Of a stretch of DNA of 64,000 bases, positions 1 to 13,791 are shown one piece after another. Origin of the DNA: Octopus sinensis. Lineage: Eukaryota. Within the stretch, counting starts at the first letter, position 1. The number at the start of each line of letters is the position of its first letter. A program made the position numbers and the translations under genes. Below the pieces are notes generated by a model that saw only the letters and a program-made list of their open reading frames with translations, had not been told where the DNA came from and made no database searches. The stretch spans positions 108,314,001 to 108,378,000 of the forward strand of contig NC_043005.1 of NCBI RefSeq assembly GCF_006345805.1, given 5' to 3'.

Positions 1-410
1 GTGCTGACGTTGGTCATGTTTGGATGGTGCTTCTTATGTGCCACCGGCACAGGTATCACAACTACAATTTCCATTTGATTTTCATTTTAATGTTGATGTA
101 CTTGACACAATAGGTCTCCTCAAACACAGCAGGTCACCCTATGATCCAAGGTATTTTTGAATGGGCAGGGGCTGGTTATGCGAAACTGGTGTAGGATACA
201 TCCATGAACTCACTTTATTTTCTGGGTCTTCTCAGTCACAGCATATCTCCAGAGGTCTTTGTCTTTCGTCATTGCCTCTGTGAGGCCCAACATTCAAAGG
301 TCATGCTTCACCTCATTCCATGTCTTCCTGGGGCTACCTCTACCCCGGATTCCTTCTACTGTTTGAGAGTGGCACTTTTTCACACATCTCTCCTTATCCA
401 TATGTGTATA
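1..410 (-). mobile_element. RTE-clade LINE 3' remnant (ORF2 C-terminus plus part of 3' UTR)
   Basis: Minus strand near 410-240 reads HMDKERCVKKCHSQTVEGIRGRG.. (RTE C-terminal motif) with stops. Bases 1-200 match the GTGCCACC-rich UTR seen in other copies. Confidence 0.7.
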
Positions 411-429
411 TGTATATATTGAAGGTATA

Positions 430-1850
430 CATATGCATGTATGTGTGATTGCTACCAAGCCAATCTTTCCTCCTCATCACTTTACATCCTCCTCCCTCTG
501 TTTGTATCCTTACACTCACCCCTCCTTCACAACTCCCATCTCTTCATCGCTCATGATGCCCCATCCTGCATCTAATTCCCTATGATTATTCTGCTGTACT
601 ATATCCCCGCTCACTCTCTCTTGCTTCACCTCAAACACCTCCTCTTGGTTTTATCTCACTACTTTTCTTACACTCTAGTGTACCCTCAAGCCATTCTTTC
701 TTTCAGTTTACCTGTTGCATTCCTTTCTCTCCCCATCTGCTCTCCACTGCTCCTCCCCATCTACAATCCTTTCCTAGCATTCAACCTCTGCCCTCCACGT
801 TCTCCTTAGCTCTCTAATACCTATTTCTTTATTACCCACAAGGGGCTAAACACAGAGGGGACAAACAAGGACAGACAAACGAATTAAGTCGATTACATTG
901 ACCCCAGTGTGTAACTGGTACTTAATTTATCGACCCCGAAAGGATGAAAGGCAAAGTCGACCTCGGCGGAATTTCAACTCAGAACGTAACGGCAGACAAA
1001 ATACCGCTAAGCATTTCGCCCGGAGTGCTAACGTTTCTGCCAGCTCACCGCCTTATACCCTTTGGCTTTCATTTTCCTCACTGCTCTCATTGTATTCACC
1101 TACAGCTCCATTTTCTCTCACTGCCTGCTCTCTACAGTTTCTTTACCTTCCAAATGCTCTTTCCCATTTCCCCCTCCTCCTCTGTCCCAGCACTATGACT
1201 ACCTAGATCTCTCTTTCCCTGAATGACTCTCTCAGGATTTCTCTTTACCCCTGTCTAGTGTTTCCACTAGCGTTAAGCCCTCCAACAAAACCCAACCAGT
1301 TATCTTTCCACCCTGTGACCAATAACACCTGACACCAAACCTTACTCTTTTTCCTTGTTCCTTTCCATTTTCTTCCTTCAGTCAGTGTCTAATCTACTAC
1401 TCTGTTACCCTCCCCACTGTCATCCCCTTACGACCATAAACCTTTTTCCTCTTATCTTATTTATCTTCCTTCATCACCCTCTATCCTTCATTCTTCTCCA
1501 GTTATTGGGGCCACTTCAAATCCTTAGTCTTGCAAGTTACAGGGAGATCTTCACCAATGCTGGAGCCTCAAAGAAAAAAACAAAAAAAAAACAGTATACT
1601 CTGTAAAGTGGTTAGTATTAGGAAGGGCATCCAACAGTTAAAAACCTGTAAAAACAGATATTGGAATATGACTTAGTCCTCCAATTTATCAGAGCCTCTT
1701 AAATCATTCAACCCATGTCTGCATGGAAGTCTGCAGTTAAATGAGGATGGTAATGATGATGGTAATGATGATGGTAATGATGATGGTAATGATGATGGTA
1801 ATGATGATGGTAATGATGATGGTAATGAGGATGGTAATGATGATGATGAT
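430..1850 (+). mobile_element. RTE LINE CT-rich 3' UTR and tail, interrupted by a SINE
   Basis: Pyrimidine-rich body followed by GTAAAGTGGTTAGTATTAGGAAGGGCATCC..ACCCATGTCTGCATGGAA..GTTAAATGAGGATG and a (GATGGTAATGAT)n tail. Same layout follows the RTE ORF at 56100-57180. Confidence 0.55.
821..1052 (-). mobile_element. tRNA-derived SINE family B
   Basis: Reverse complement of GGCGGTGAGCTGGCAGAAACGTTAGC..GTTCTGAGTTGAAATT..CCTTTCATCCTTTCGGGGTCGATAAATTAAGTACCAG..GTGGGTAATAAAGAAATAG. More than 12 copies in window. Confidence 0.9.
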
Positions 1851-2034
1851 ACACATACATATTTTGTGGTTGTAAAGTTATAAAAGTGAATCAAGCATTA
1901 AGATTTTTACAAATTGCACTTACTAAATAAACTTAAAAACCATAAATCCACTCAAGCAAATTCTAACAAAGAATTATAATATATGTACAAGTTTTGTACC
2001 ACAAATAATGTATTTTATTTTATTGTTTTATTTT

Positions 2035-2364
2035 TTTATTTGTTTCAGTCATTTGTCTGTGGCCATGACCGCCTTTAATTGAATAAATTGACCCCGGGAT
2101 GTATTCTTCGTAAGCCTAGTACTTATTCTATCAGTGCCTTTTTGCAGAACTGCTAAGTTACGGGGGACATAAACACACCAACATCGGTTGTCAAGTGATG
2201 GTGGGAGGACAAGCACAGGCACACAAACATAAACGTATAATTCTGTAGAAGAGCATAGGCTTGAAACGTTAAAGACTTTTTCAATTCCTGAGCGTTATAC
2301 TAATACATCTGTTTGTTTTCTACACCACCTGTCTTTGTCTTTTATTTTTTTCATGAATTCTCCC

Positions 2365-2422
<58 letters not shown>

Positions 2423-2590
2423 TATATATACATATACACATATATTACAATGGGTTTCTTTAGGTTTCCGTGTATCAAATTTACTCACAAGGCTTTGCTT
2501 GGCCTGGAGATATTGTAGAAGACACTTGTCCCAGGATTGAATCCAGGACCATGTGGTTGGAAAGCAAGTTTCTAACCACACAGCCATGTG
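2035..2590 (-). mobile_element. tRNA-derived SINE family A, interrupted by a ribozyme-like fragment and (TA)n
   Basis: 3' part at 2035-2230 and 5' part at 2445-2590 match the family seen intact at 42403-42814. Confidence 0.85.
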
Positions 2591-2782
2591 TGCATGTTCA
2601 TCGAGTGACTATTCATGTATAAAAATGTACAACTCAAAATAGTCTCAAATACGAGCAGCGTATTTACACTACCAATGAACACTATTAGCAAATCCTTTTA
2701 GAATTAAAATACAGATTTGCACGGCTGAACCCACTTCTTTGCAACCCCTGTCACCACGTCTTCAGTCATCAAATTGACATTG

Positions 2783-3158
2783 TTTCAGTCATTTGACTGT
2801 GGCCATGCTGGTGCATCGCCTTCAGTCGAGCTAACCGCCCCCATGACGTATTTTTTGTAAGCCTAGTACTTATTCTATCAGTCTCTTTTTGCCGAATTGC
2901 TATGTTACGGGGACATAAACACGCCAGCAACGGTTGTCAAGCGATGTTGGGAGGACAAACACAGACACACAAGCATATACACTCACATACATATATATAT
3001 GATGGGCTTCTTTCAGTTTCCATCAACCAAATCCACTCACAAGGCTTTGGTCGGCCCGAGGCTATAGTAGAAAACACTTTACCAAGGTGCCACGCAGTGG
3101 GACTGAACACGGAACCATGTGGTTGGTAAGCAAGCTACTTACCACACACCCACTCCTG
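2783..3158 (-). mobile_element. SINE family A
   Basis: Head GGAGTGGGTGTGTGGTAAGTAGCTTGC, body GGATTTGGTTGATGGAAACTGAAAGAAGCCC, tail GTCAAATGACTGAAAC on minus strand. Confidence 0.9.
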
Positions 3159-3484
3159 ACCAATTCAATTTGCAAGTAATAAAATTTATTGCCAAAGATG
3201 TGTGATTGCACATTTGCAGGATGAATGCAGACTGATTTTCGATTTTTGTCAGGTGTCTTCTTCCATATGCCCTCTCTCAGATTTTTGAGTTGTGGAGTGT
3301 CTTTTTTTACTTGATGACCACAATGATGATGATGATACACATACATATTATGTGATTGTAAAGTTATACAAGTGACTCAAGTGATAGTGGGAAGACGAAC
3401 ACTGATACACAAAGATATACAAATAAATATATACATATATACGTATATACATACATACATATATATATATATATTAATAAATTT

Positions 3485-3870
3485 TAGGGTAGCAAAAAAA
3501 ATTCTAGAAAAATTCTCCGCTACCAGTGGTCTAGCGAGAAGGAAAAAATAGTCAATAGACTACATAATATACATTTAAACACATATGAGATGGTCATAAC
3601 AGGACATCTGACTCACTAGAGAGAGCAGTTACTTGGCTTCCTGCTGAAGATGGCAACGCCAATTGTAAATTAAAATAATTTTATTTTATTTACAAAAGAT
3701 TGCCGAAACTATGCATTGTCCAGGAAAGATAGGGTAAACGTTTTCATTTCTCTTTCCCTTTCAGAATTACAACTATTAGTGGTTTGGAGTTTAACTGCTC
3801 TTTCTAGTGAGTCAGATGTCCTATTATGGCCATCTCTTATGTGTTTAAATGTATATATATGTGTTTAAAT
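3485..3870 (+). mobile_element. Non-autonomous Penelope-like/retrozyme-like element with inverted arm, embedded in (TA)n
   Basis: 3569-3631 is an inverted copy of 3792-3854 (4 mismatches in 63 bp). Contains a hammerhead at 3638-3726. Homologous to 59031-60200. PLE assignment is inference: no ORF present. Confidence 0.6.
3638..3726 (+). ncRNA. Type I hammerhead ribozyme motif
   Basis: Stem I TTCCTG/CAGGAA; core CTGAAGA (3644-3650) plus extra T; stem II GGCAA/TTGCC with AT-rich hairpin insert; GAAA (3705-3708); stem III AC..GT around palindromic ATGCAT; GTC triplet, predicted cut after 3720. Confidence 0.85.
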
Positions 3871-4246
3871 GTATATATATATATAAATGTAAAAATCTTA
3901 ATCCTTGAGTCACTTGTATAACTTTACAACCACAATATGTATGTGTATCATCATCATCATCATCATTATCATCATCATTACCATCCTCATTTAACTGCAG
4001 ACTTCCATGCAGACATGGGTTGAATGATTTAAGAGGCTCTGATAAATTGGAGGACTAAGTCATATTCCAATAGCTTCAGAATTAAGAGTATGCAGTCTTC
4101 GAAACATATGTCGAAAGTAAAGGAATTTTGTTAAAATCTTCGTTCGACTCCATTCTTTTCATTTATTCATATATATATATATATATATATTATATATTAT
4201 ATATATATATATATATATACGATGGGATTCTTTTGGTTTATATCAG

Positions 4247-4292
<46 letters not shown>

Positions 4293-4324
4293 TATTTTTA
4301 TAAATTGTCTTGGTGCTATGAAGA

Positions 4325-4500
4325 ATAGCAGTCAGAACACTGTGTTAAGTGGTTAGTATAAGAAACAGCATCCAGCCATAGAAAGCACGGCAAAACAGAC
4401 ATTGGAGCTAGGTGCAATTCTCTGGCTCGTTGGCTCTTATCAAATTGACCACCCAATGCCAGCAAGGAAACAGATGTTAGGCAAAGATAATGACAACGAT
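4325..4500 (+). mobile_element. Degenerate RTE 3' tail
   Basis: AAGTGGTTAGTATAAGAAACAGCATCCAGCCATAGAAA..CCCAATGCCAGCAAGGAAACAGATGTTA. Confidence 0.6.
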
Positions 4501-4501
4501 A

Positions 4502-4543
<42 letters not shown>

Positions 4544-5419
4544 TGCGTGTGTGTGTGTGCATGTGTGTGTGCGTGTGTGTATGAGTGTGTGGTGTGCGTG
4601 TGTGTGTACATGCGCACTTACATAAATATGCATGAATACATTTGTAATAGAAATAATTAAAGCAATAAGTAAATTAATTCTGGGAGAGCACGCTATGGGT
4701 GTCTTTATGTGTTCACATGTCTTTCTCTCTTTCCCCCTCTCTGTCTCCCTGCCTCTCTCCTATTCGCCCCCCCTCTCTCTCTCTCTCTCTTATCCTATCT
4801 TGCTCTCTCTCCTCTCTCAATGTGTGACCAAATAGAAAGATGGCTGTTTTGGGACAGGAAAGGAAAAAAAAACATACAATATTGAAGGCTTGAACTAAGT
4901 AAGTTAGACAGAAAGTTGTATGAAATATTCCACAGTGTTTTATTCAACTAATTACAACACCCCCCACCCCAGTCTCCCTCATCCACCTACTCTCGATCCC
5001 ATTTACTATTCTCCCACCCCATTACTCTTACTCAAACTAATTGGCCTCGTTTCAGGGGGCGGCTGGTTACATTATTTTTCTTTATTATATATTTATTGTC
5101 TTAATATATTACTCTTCTACAATATTATTTCTTTTTGTTGTCTTCTTTAATTATATTTACGAGTTTTGTTCGTTTTTCTTGTAATTTTGTTTTTGTTTCA
5201 TAATACTGTATTTGTTTTCTTTTTGTTTTAATCTAATTATTTATTCATTTGTTGTGTTTATTATCTTTTATTAATATTGTTTTGGTCCTTTTTATTTTTG
5301 TCTCTTTAATTTTTTTTTTCTGTTTTATTTTTCATTTATGTCTCCCTGCAACCCCCACCCCCATCTCTTTATTAATACATTCATTAATTTAGTTCAACTT
5401 TCACTATAGCTGTATATTA

Positions 5420-7290
<1,871 letters not shown>

Positions 7291-8516
7291 TATTTTGGAT
7301 AGTTGAAAAACAGGAAAGTTCATGCTGGGTGAAATCTAATTGAAATATAAACTAATTATCTTCTATTTTTCACAGCCAACAATGTAATTACAGTGTAAAA
7401 TATGAAGTATATTAAGGTTTGAAGACTTTTTATCAGGAATGCCGTTGTTCCTGGTTGTGTTTATGGATTTTCATTTTCTGTTTTTAAGTTTTGTTTTAAA
7501 TGTGTCATTTTTTTTTAATATATTTTTCATTTGCTCTTTTCATTATATTTTTTTGTGTCTGCTTATTTTATTAAAATTTTTTTATTGTATCTCTGTCTTA
7601 TATATTTTTTTAAATTTTTTTTTTCTTAGGTAGCTTTTTAGTTCTGTTGTTTATTAAGTTTATTAATTTCACTCAGCCAGAAATTTATTTATTCATTTCA
7701 TCTTATTTTTTGTTTGTTGTTTTGTTACCGCTTTTATTCCAGTCTCTTATGTTTTCAGCCTTCCCAATTCTGCCATCTTTTCCATGATAGCACTTAAAAT
7801 TCTTTCTCTTCATTTCGATATTACTCATGACCATGCCTTCATAAAATAATTTGCTATGTGTTAAGTTTGTAATTGAATTATTAGCTTAAAATCTTTATAT
7901 AGTTTCTAGCAATGACAACATCTTCATGGCTTTTGGGGATCCCTTTGACATATAGGGAATCTATACGAAGCTGAGTAACAAGAACGCACATGGCACAGAG
8001 CAGAGAAATCATTTGGACTGAGAGGCACCATTTCAAACAATGGATTCTTTCATTTGGATGGAAAATTCAAATTAACTGGCTTAGTTCCAAAGGAAATTAA
8101 ACATTGTAAGCAACAATATACTGGAGCTGTGAAAACAACTTATGCATCTTTTAACACATATCTATCACTTATGTAGCCAGAAGGGGAATTTGACAGGTTT
8201 GGACACCCCACCCCCTACTTCGGCTTCTTTACTTGTTCAACATTCTGATTTCCAACACAATTCATAGCAAAGCATTAATGGCTGCTTGTTATTTTAACAT
8301 TAACTTCCTTAAAAATCAACACAAGGAAAACAATTCTACTAATTGTGTAAATAATAATAAAGAATTTTTTCTCCTAAAAACAACATGGCCACAGGAATCC
8401 TAAAATTTCTTTTTGGAGTCTTAAAAGTTTCCTCTGGCAGAGAATATTCTTCGGGTTAAGAACTGTGATTCTACAATCTATGAAATATATAATCAATCAA
8501 ATATAGAGTTCGATAT

Positions 8517-8770
8517 ATCATCATCATCATCATCATCATTGTTTAACGTCTGTTTTCCATGCTAGCACGGATTGGATGGTTCGACCGTGGTCTGGGAAGC
8601 CAGGAGGCTGCACCAGGCTCCAGTCTGATCTGGCAGTGTTTCTACAGCTGGATGCCCTTCCTAACACCAACCACTCCATGAGTGTAGTTGGTGTTTTTTA
8701 CGTGCCACCAGCACGGAAGCCAGTCAAGGCAACACTGGCCTCGGTCACATTCGGATAGTGCTTTAGCCTC
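8517..8770 (-). mobile_element. 5'-truncated RTE 3' UTR copy with (ATG)n tail
   Basis: CATCATCAT TGTTTAACGTC..CCATGCTAGC..CAGCTGGATGCCCTTCCTAACACCAACCAC. Confidence 0.8.
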
Positions 8771-10090
8771 TAAAACCAACCACCCTACAGAATATCCTGG
8801 GTGTTGCCCCTAAAATTTTGGCCTTTTGCCAATGTCATAAATCTTTATTTTATCTGTTTCCTTTATAAAATGCTTTTCATGATTTTAAAATCTTTTCCTC
8901 ATTTACTTAATAACATATAAAGGAAGAATAATTTTGTCTTAATCAAGGAAGTTGACGTGAATTAGTTAATGGGTCAAATTAGTTTCTTTTGGGAAATTGT
9001 GATGGATTTTCATAGAAAATAATATGGCTAATTTGCAAGAATGTTAGTGGTTAAATTCTAATTAGTATGATACAACTGAGAGAAATGAAAATGAAAGAAT
9101 AATTAATAGATATGTTTTTGGTTCAGTAATTAATTTTCAGTTATTCACTTTCACTTTCTCACCTCTACCCTCTCAAATGCTGATACTGTAAAAAAATTCA
9201 TCCATTACTCTCTGTTATGGGTAGCATTGTGATGAATCTTTAGTTTTGTCAAGGATATAACAATTTCTCTAATGCTGATGCTATGGGAAAATGTGCCCAG
9301 TACATTTTGTGAAGTGGTTAATGTTAGGATAGATATTAAGCCTTAGTAACCAGGCCAAAAATGTGACTTATAAACAATATGTGGTCCCCAACCTATCTAC
9401 CCATCTAAAAGAGATGAAACTTACTGGTTCACCTTATGCTAGTATTGAAAACTGGCGTAAAATGTCGATGGTGACTATGATAATGAGAAATATTGATAAA
9501 AATCATCACTGATTGTCAGGACATTCTGAATGTCTTCACACTAGAAGTACCAACATGTCTTACTTCCTACAAGGGCCATAGGGGTCATTTTTGACTGGCA
9601 TTGAAAATCTTTATTTAATGCAATTCATTTTAAATATAAGCTAATGCAGTGAATAAAGGATTTGGAAATAAAGTCTTTTAGCATCTATTGAAAAAAATTT
9701 ACGCACAAAAAAATATATATACTCATGTATATGAAATGAGGCTCATGGTTGCACATTCAATACGGTCATAGAAATTAAAAAGTAAAAATGAAGAATGGCC
9801 GTAAATGATCACCCAGTACTCTGAGGGTTAATGCTGCACCTCATCACCTGATATCATATCAGACAGTTCACAGAACACTTAATTGATGTGGAGACTTAGG
9901 CCCACAATTAGGTTATAGAGCCATCACTAAATGGTTTTTTTGATACATAGTGTATGTAGAGCCAGTTGGCTTTGCAGTGAACATATACCTACTGAATATA
10001 CCTATTAGAGTAGCCTGAACTCAGCATCATGAGATATTAAAACTGTTGTCAATTCCTCTCCATATGAACAGACATCATGAGTTCTCTTTT

Positions 10091-10475
10091 TTTACTCTTT
10101 TACTCTTTTACTTGTTTCAGTCATTTGACGGCGGCCATGCTGGAGCACCGCCTTTAGTTGAGCAAATTGACCCCAGGACTTAATTTTGTAAGCCTAGTAC
10201 TTATTCTATCAGTCTCTTTTGACGAACCACTAAGTTACGCGGAAGTAAACACACCAGCATCGGTTGTCAAGCGATGTTGGGCAGGGACAAACACACACCC
10301 ATATATATATATGACGGGCTTCTTTCAGTTTCCGTCTACCAAATCCACTCACAAAGCTTTGGTCGACCCGAGGCTATAGTAGAAGACACTTGTCCAAGGT
10401 GCCACGCAATGGGACTGAACCCGGGACCATGTGGTTGGTAAGCAAGCTACTTATCACACAGCCACTCCTGCGCCT
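10091..10475 (-). mobile_element. SINE family A, full length
   Basis: AGGCGCAGGAGTGGCTGTGTG head to (AAAAGAGT)n tail on minus strand. Confidence 0.92.
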
Positions 10476-10953
10476 AAGTTAGAGCTTTCTATACTGATTC
10501 AGTATACAGAGAGAGACTTTATTACAAACAAGTTCTATCTTAACTTTGTAAAGAGATGTGGTTTATTGATTAGGACATAGGATCATGACTGTTACATCCT
10601 GAGTCCTATTCTGAGACTGGGAGGTAGATTGCATTCTTTTGTAAGGTACTTCTTTTCACATACCTCCAGCTAAAAAATTAGTACCAATGGCACTGGAGGG
10701 TTAATCCTGTGCTAACGAAGAGTCCCATTTAAAGAAGGATTCTTGTACTCTAATACAAGTTGATTACATCGACCACAGTGTTCAACTAATACTTATTTTA
10801 TCAACCCCAAAAAGATGGATTGCAAAGTCAACCTCATCAGTAATTGAACTCAAAATGTAATGATGGATGAAATGTTGTTAAGCATTTTGCCTGGCATGTA
10901 AACAATTCTGCCAGCTTGCCACCTTAACAGCAATAATATTTTAAACCATTTAG

Positions 10954-11500
10954 GGCAGCGAGCTGGCAGAAACGTTAGCATGCCGAGTGAAATGCTTAGC
11001 AGTATTTTATCTGCCTTTACGTTCTGAGTTCAAATTCCGCCGAGGTCGAGCTTTACCTTTCATCCTTTCGGGGTCGATTAAATAAGCACCAGTTACACAC
11101 TGGAGTCGATATAATCGACTTAATCCGTTTGTCTGTTCTTGTTTGTCCTCTCTGTGTTTAGCCCTTGTGAGTAGTGAAAAAATAGGTATTTTGTCCGCCG
11201 CTACGTTCTGAGTTCAAATTCCGCTGAGGTCGACTTTGTCTTTCATCCTTTCGGGGTCGATAAATTAAGTACCAGTTACGCACTGGGGTCGATGTAATCG
11301 ACTTAATCCATTTGTCTGTCCTTGTTTGTCCTCTCTATGTTTAGCCCTTTGTGGGTAGTAAAGAAGTAGGTATTTCGTCTGTCTTTATGTTCTGAGTTCA
11401 AATTCTGCTGAGGTCAACTTTGCCTTTCATCCTCTCGAGAACCAGTTGCATACTGGAGTCGATCTAATTGACTGGCTTCCTAACCAGAAATTTTGGGCCT
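10954..11500 (+). mobile_element. Head-to-tail array of SINE family B (one full copy plus two 5'-truncated copies)
   Basis: GTTCTGAGTTCAAATT..CCTTTCATCC recurs at about 11020, 11205 and 11390. Confidence 0.85.
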
Positions 11501-11649
11501 TGTGCCTAGAGTAGAAACGAATATTTTAAAACATTCTACTATAGGCACAAGGCCTGCAACTGGGTGAGGGGGTAATTGATTACATCGACCCCAGTACTTT
11601 ACTGGTACTCTTTTCATCGACCTCAAAAGGGTGAAAAGCAAAGGTGACT

Positions 11650-12490
11650 TCAGCCTGAGGATGTAGCTAAGTATGTTCATTGGAAATTGTGTGAGAAGTA
11701 AAGTCTTGAAAAGACATTGAAATGGTTCGAGCATAAAACGGAAGCAGAAACCGAGAATAATGACTATGAGTTCTTATGGGATTTTGCAAGCCAGTGGGAG
11801 TCAGTGATTGATGCTCGGAAACCAGACATTGTTGTAGTTTGTAAAATGATGAAGGAAACCAGGATCATAGATATTGCCATACACCCAAGGATACAGGAGT
11901 ATTTCGTCTGCTGTTACGTTCTAAGTTCAAATTCCGCCAAGGTCGACTTTGCCTTTCATCCTTTCGGGGTCGATTTAATAAGTACCAGTTACGCACTGGG
12001 GTCGATGTAATTGACTTAATCCGTTTGTCTGTCCTTGTTTGTCCCCTCTATGTTTAGCCCCTTGTGGGCAATAAAGAAATAAGAATTGTTAGCACCGGCG
12101 AAATGCTAAGCGGTATTTCGTCTGCTATATAATTTTTTTTTCTTTCTAAAAAAAAAAAGAGCAAGAAAACATTGAAAAGTACAAGCCATTACGAGATGGG
12201 ATTGCATGAATGTGGGCAATGAACAAAGGGATTGTCATCTCAGTATTTGAAGGGGCAACGGGAGCATTAACAACCAGGTTTGAGAAATTTGTTGGAGAAA
12301 TTGGAATTGAGATGAGGGTAGAAGAGGCTCAGATAATTGCTTCATTGGAGACAGCAAGGATTTTGAGATTGGAGTTTGGATGTTAAGTATTGGGGAAAGA
12401 GACCCTGTGAGGCCCTTGACAACAGGTTGTTGTCAGCTCTTACAAAATTAGTTGAAGCAACTGAAATCAAAAGCTCTGAGAAGTGAAGCA
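11650..12490 (+). mobile_element. R4/Dong-clade LINE 3' remnant (restriction-like endonuclease region), split by a SINE
   Basis: Translates AKYVHWKLCEK..FLWDF..DARKPDIVVV..IIDIAI, then after the SINE KEQENIEKYKPLRD..GATGAL..ETARILRL; (TAA)n tail follows. Confidence 0.85.
11897..12125 (+). mobile_element. SINE family B nested in the R4 remnant
   Basis: Family B body and tail GGGCAATAAAGAAATAAG, followed by a short restart of the head. Confidence 0.88.
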
Positions 12491-12513
12491 ACAACAACAA
12501 CAAAAACAATAAC

Positions 12514-12570
<57 letters not shown>

Positions 12571-12774
12571 CCTTTCTACTATAGGCACAAAAGGTCTGAA
12601 ATTTTGGTGGAGTGGACTAATCAATTTCATTAACCTCCAGTACTTGGCAGGTACTTATCGATCCTGAAAGGCAAAGTCAACCTTGGCTGAATTTGAACTT
12701 GAAACTTGAAGACCGGTGAAATACCACTAAGCACTTTGTCCAACATGCTACCAATTCTGCCAGTTTGCTGCTTT

Positions 12775-12777
12775 AAT

Positions 12778-12821
<44 letters not shown>

Positions 12822-13013
12822 TATAATAATAATAATAATAACAGTAGTAATAATAATAATAATAATATAATAATAATAATAATTATAATAATAATAATAA
12901 TAGTAGTAATAATAATAATAATAGTAATAATAATAATAATAATAATAATATAATAATAATAATAATAGTAGTAATAATAATAATAATAATAATATTATAA
13001 TAATATAATAATA

Positions 13014-13054
<41 letters not shown>

Positions 13055-13110
13055 TAATAATAATGATGATGATAATGATAATAGTAGTAATAGTAATAAT
13101 AACAATAACA
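12775..13110. repeat. (TAA)n microsatellite
   Basis: Direct reading. Confidence 0.95.
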
Positions 13111-13679
13111 ACAAGAACAAACAGCTACCCCCATCAGTGATGATAAGAGCATGAAAAATGGCAACACAAATTAAAGATAAAGGAGAATGAAATATAAAAT
13201 CTGATTGGTGGAAGCTGATGCTCCATTGTAACAACTAATGATGACAATAGATTGGGAATGAATAATTAAGAAATCATATTACACTCCCTATATAACACAA
13301 CATTTTGTCCGTGTGGCAGTTTAGCTTTATTTTTGTGTTAATTATTTCTCTCTGTTATCATTATTTTTTCTTTATCACCAGAGGAAAACTTTAACAGATA
13401 TACATACATACATACATTTTTTGTATTCATATTCGTGTAACATTGTCCGTTTTTCCGTCCTTGTTTTGTATACATTCGAAGCTTTCTTCCAAGGAATCTA
13501 ATGCGCTTAGCTTAGTTTTTCCTTGGAGCTAGCCAGATTGGAGAAATCTCAAGATTAATCAGCCGAAATTGCGAGAATGATCCGGTTCTTGACTGAAGAT
13601 TGAAGGCTTCGAATGTCCCGTCCGTATTTTTTGTATCCTCTCCTAAATGTTTTGCGTTCTTGTCCCAGTTTGTATTTTT

Positions 13680-13718
<39 letters not shown>

Positions 13719-13738
13719 GTGGTGTACGTACCCTCTCT

Positions 13739-13791
<53 letters not shown>

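Noticed and set aside
5050-5400. Irregular T-rich or A-rich stretches (also 7440-7720, 38740-39040, 48420-48660)
   Set aside because: Degenerate low complexity or poorly polished consensus; no interpretable structure.
7726-7855. Minus-strand exon-like open frames (also 24610-24706, 37080-37190, 62965-63060)
   Set aside because: Splice-flanked short open frames occur on both strands by chance; no homology and no consistent chain.
13400-13690. CTGAAGA..CTTCGAATGTC motif in a repeat-like segment
   Set aside because: Lacks GAAA, a foldable stem II and stem I; not a hammerhead as written.
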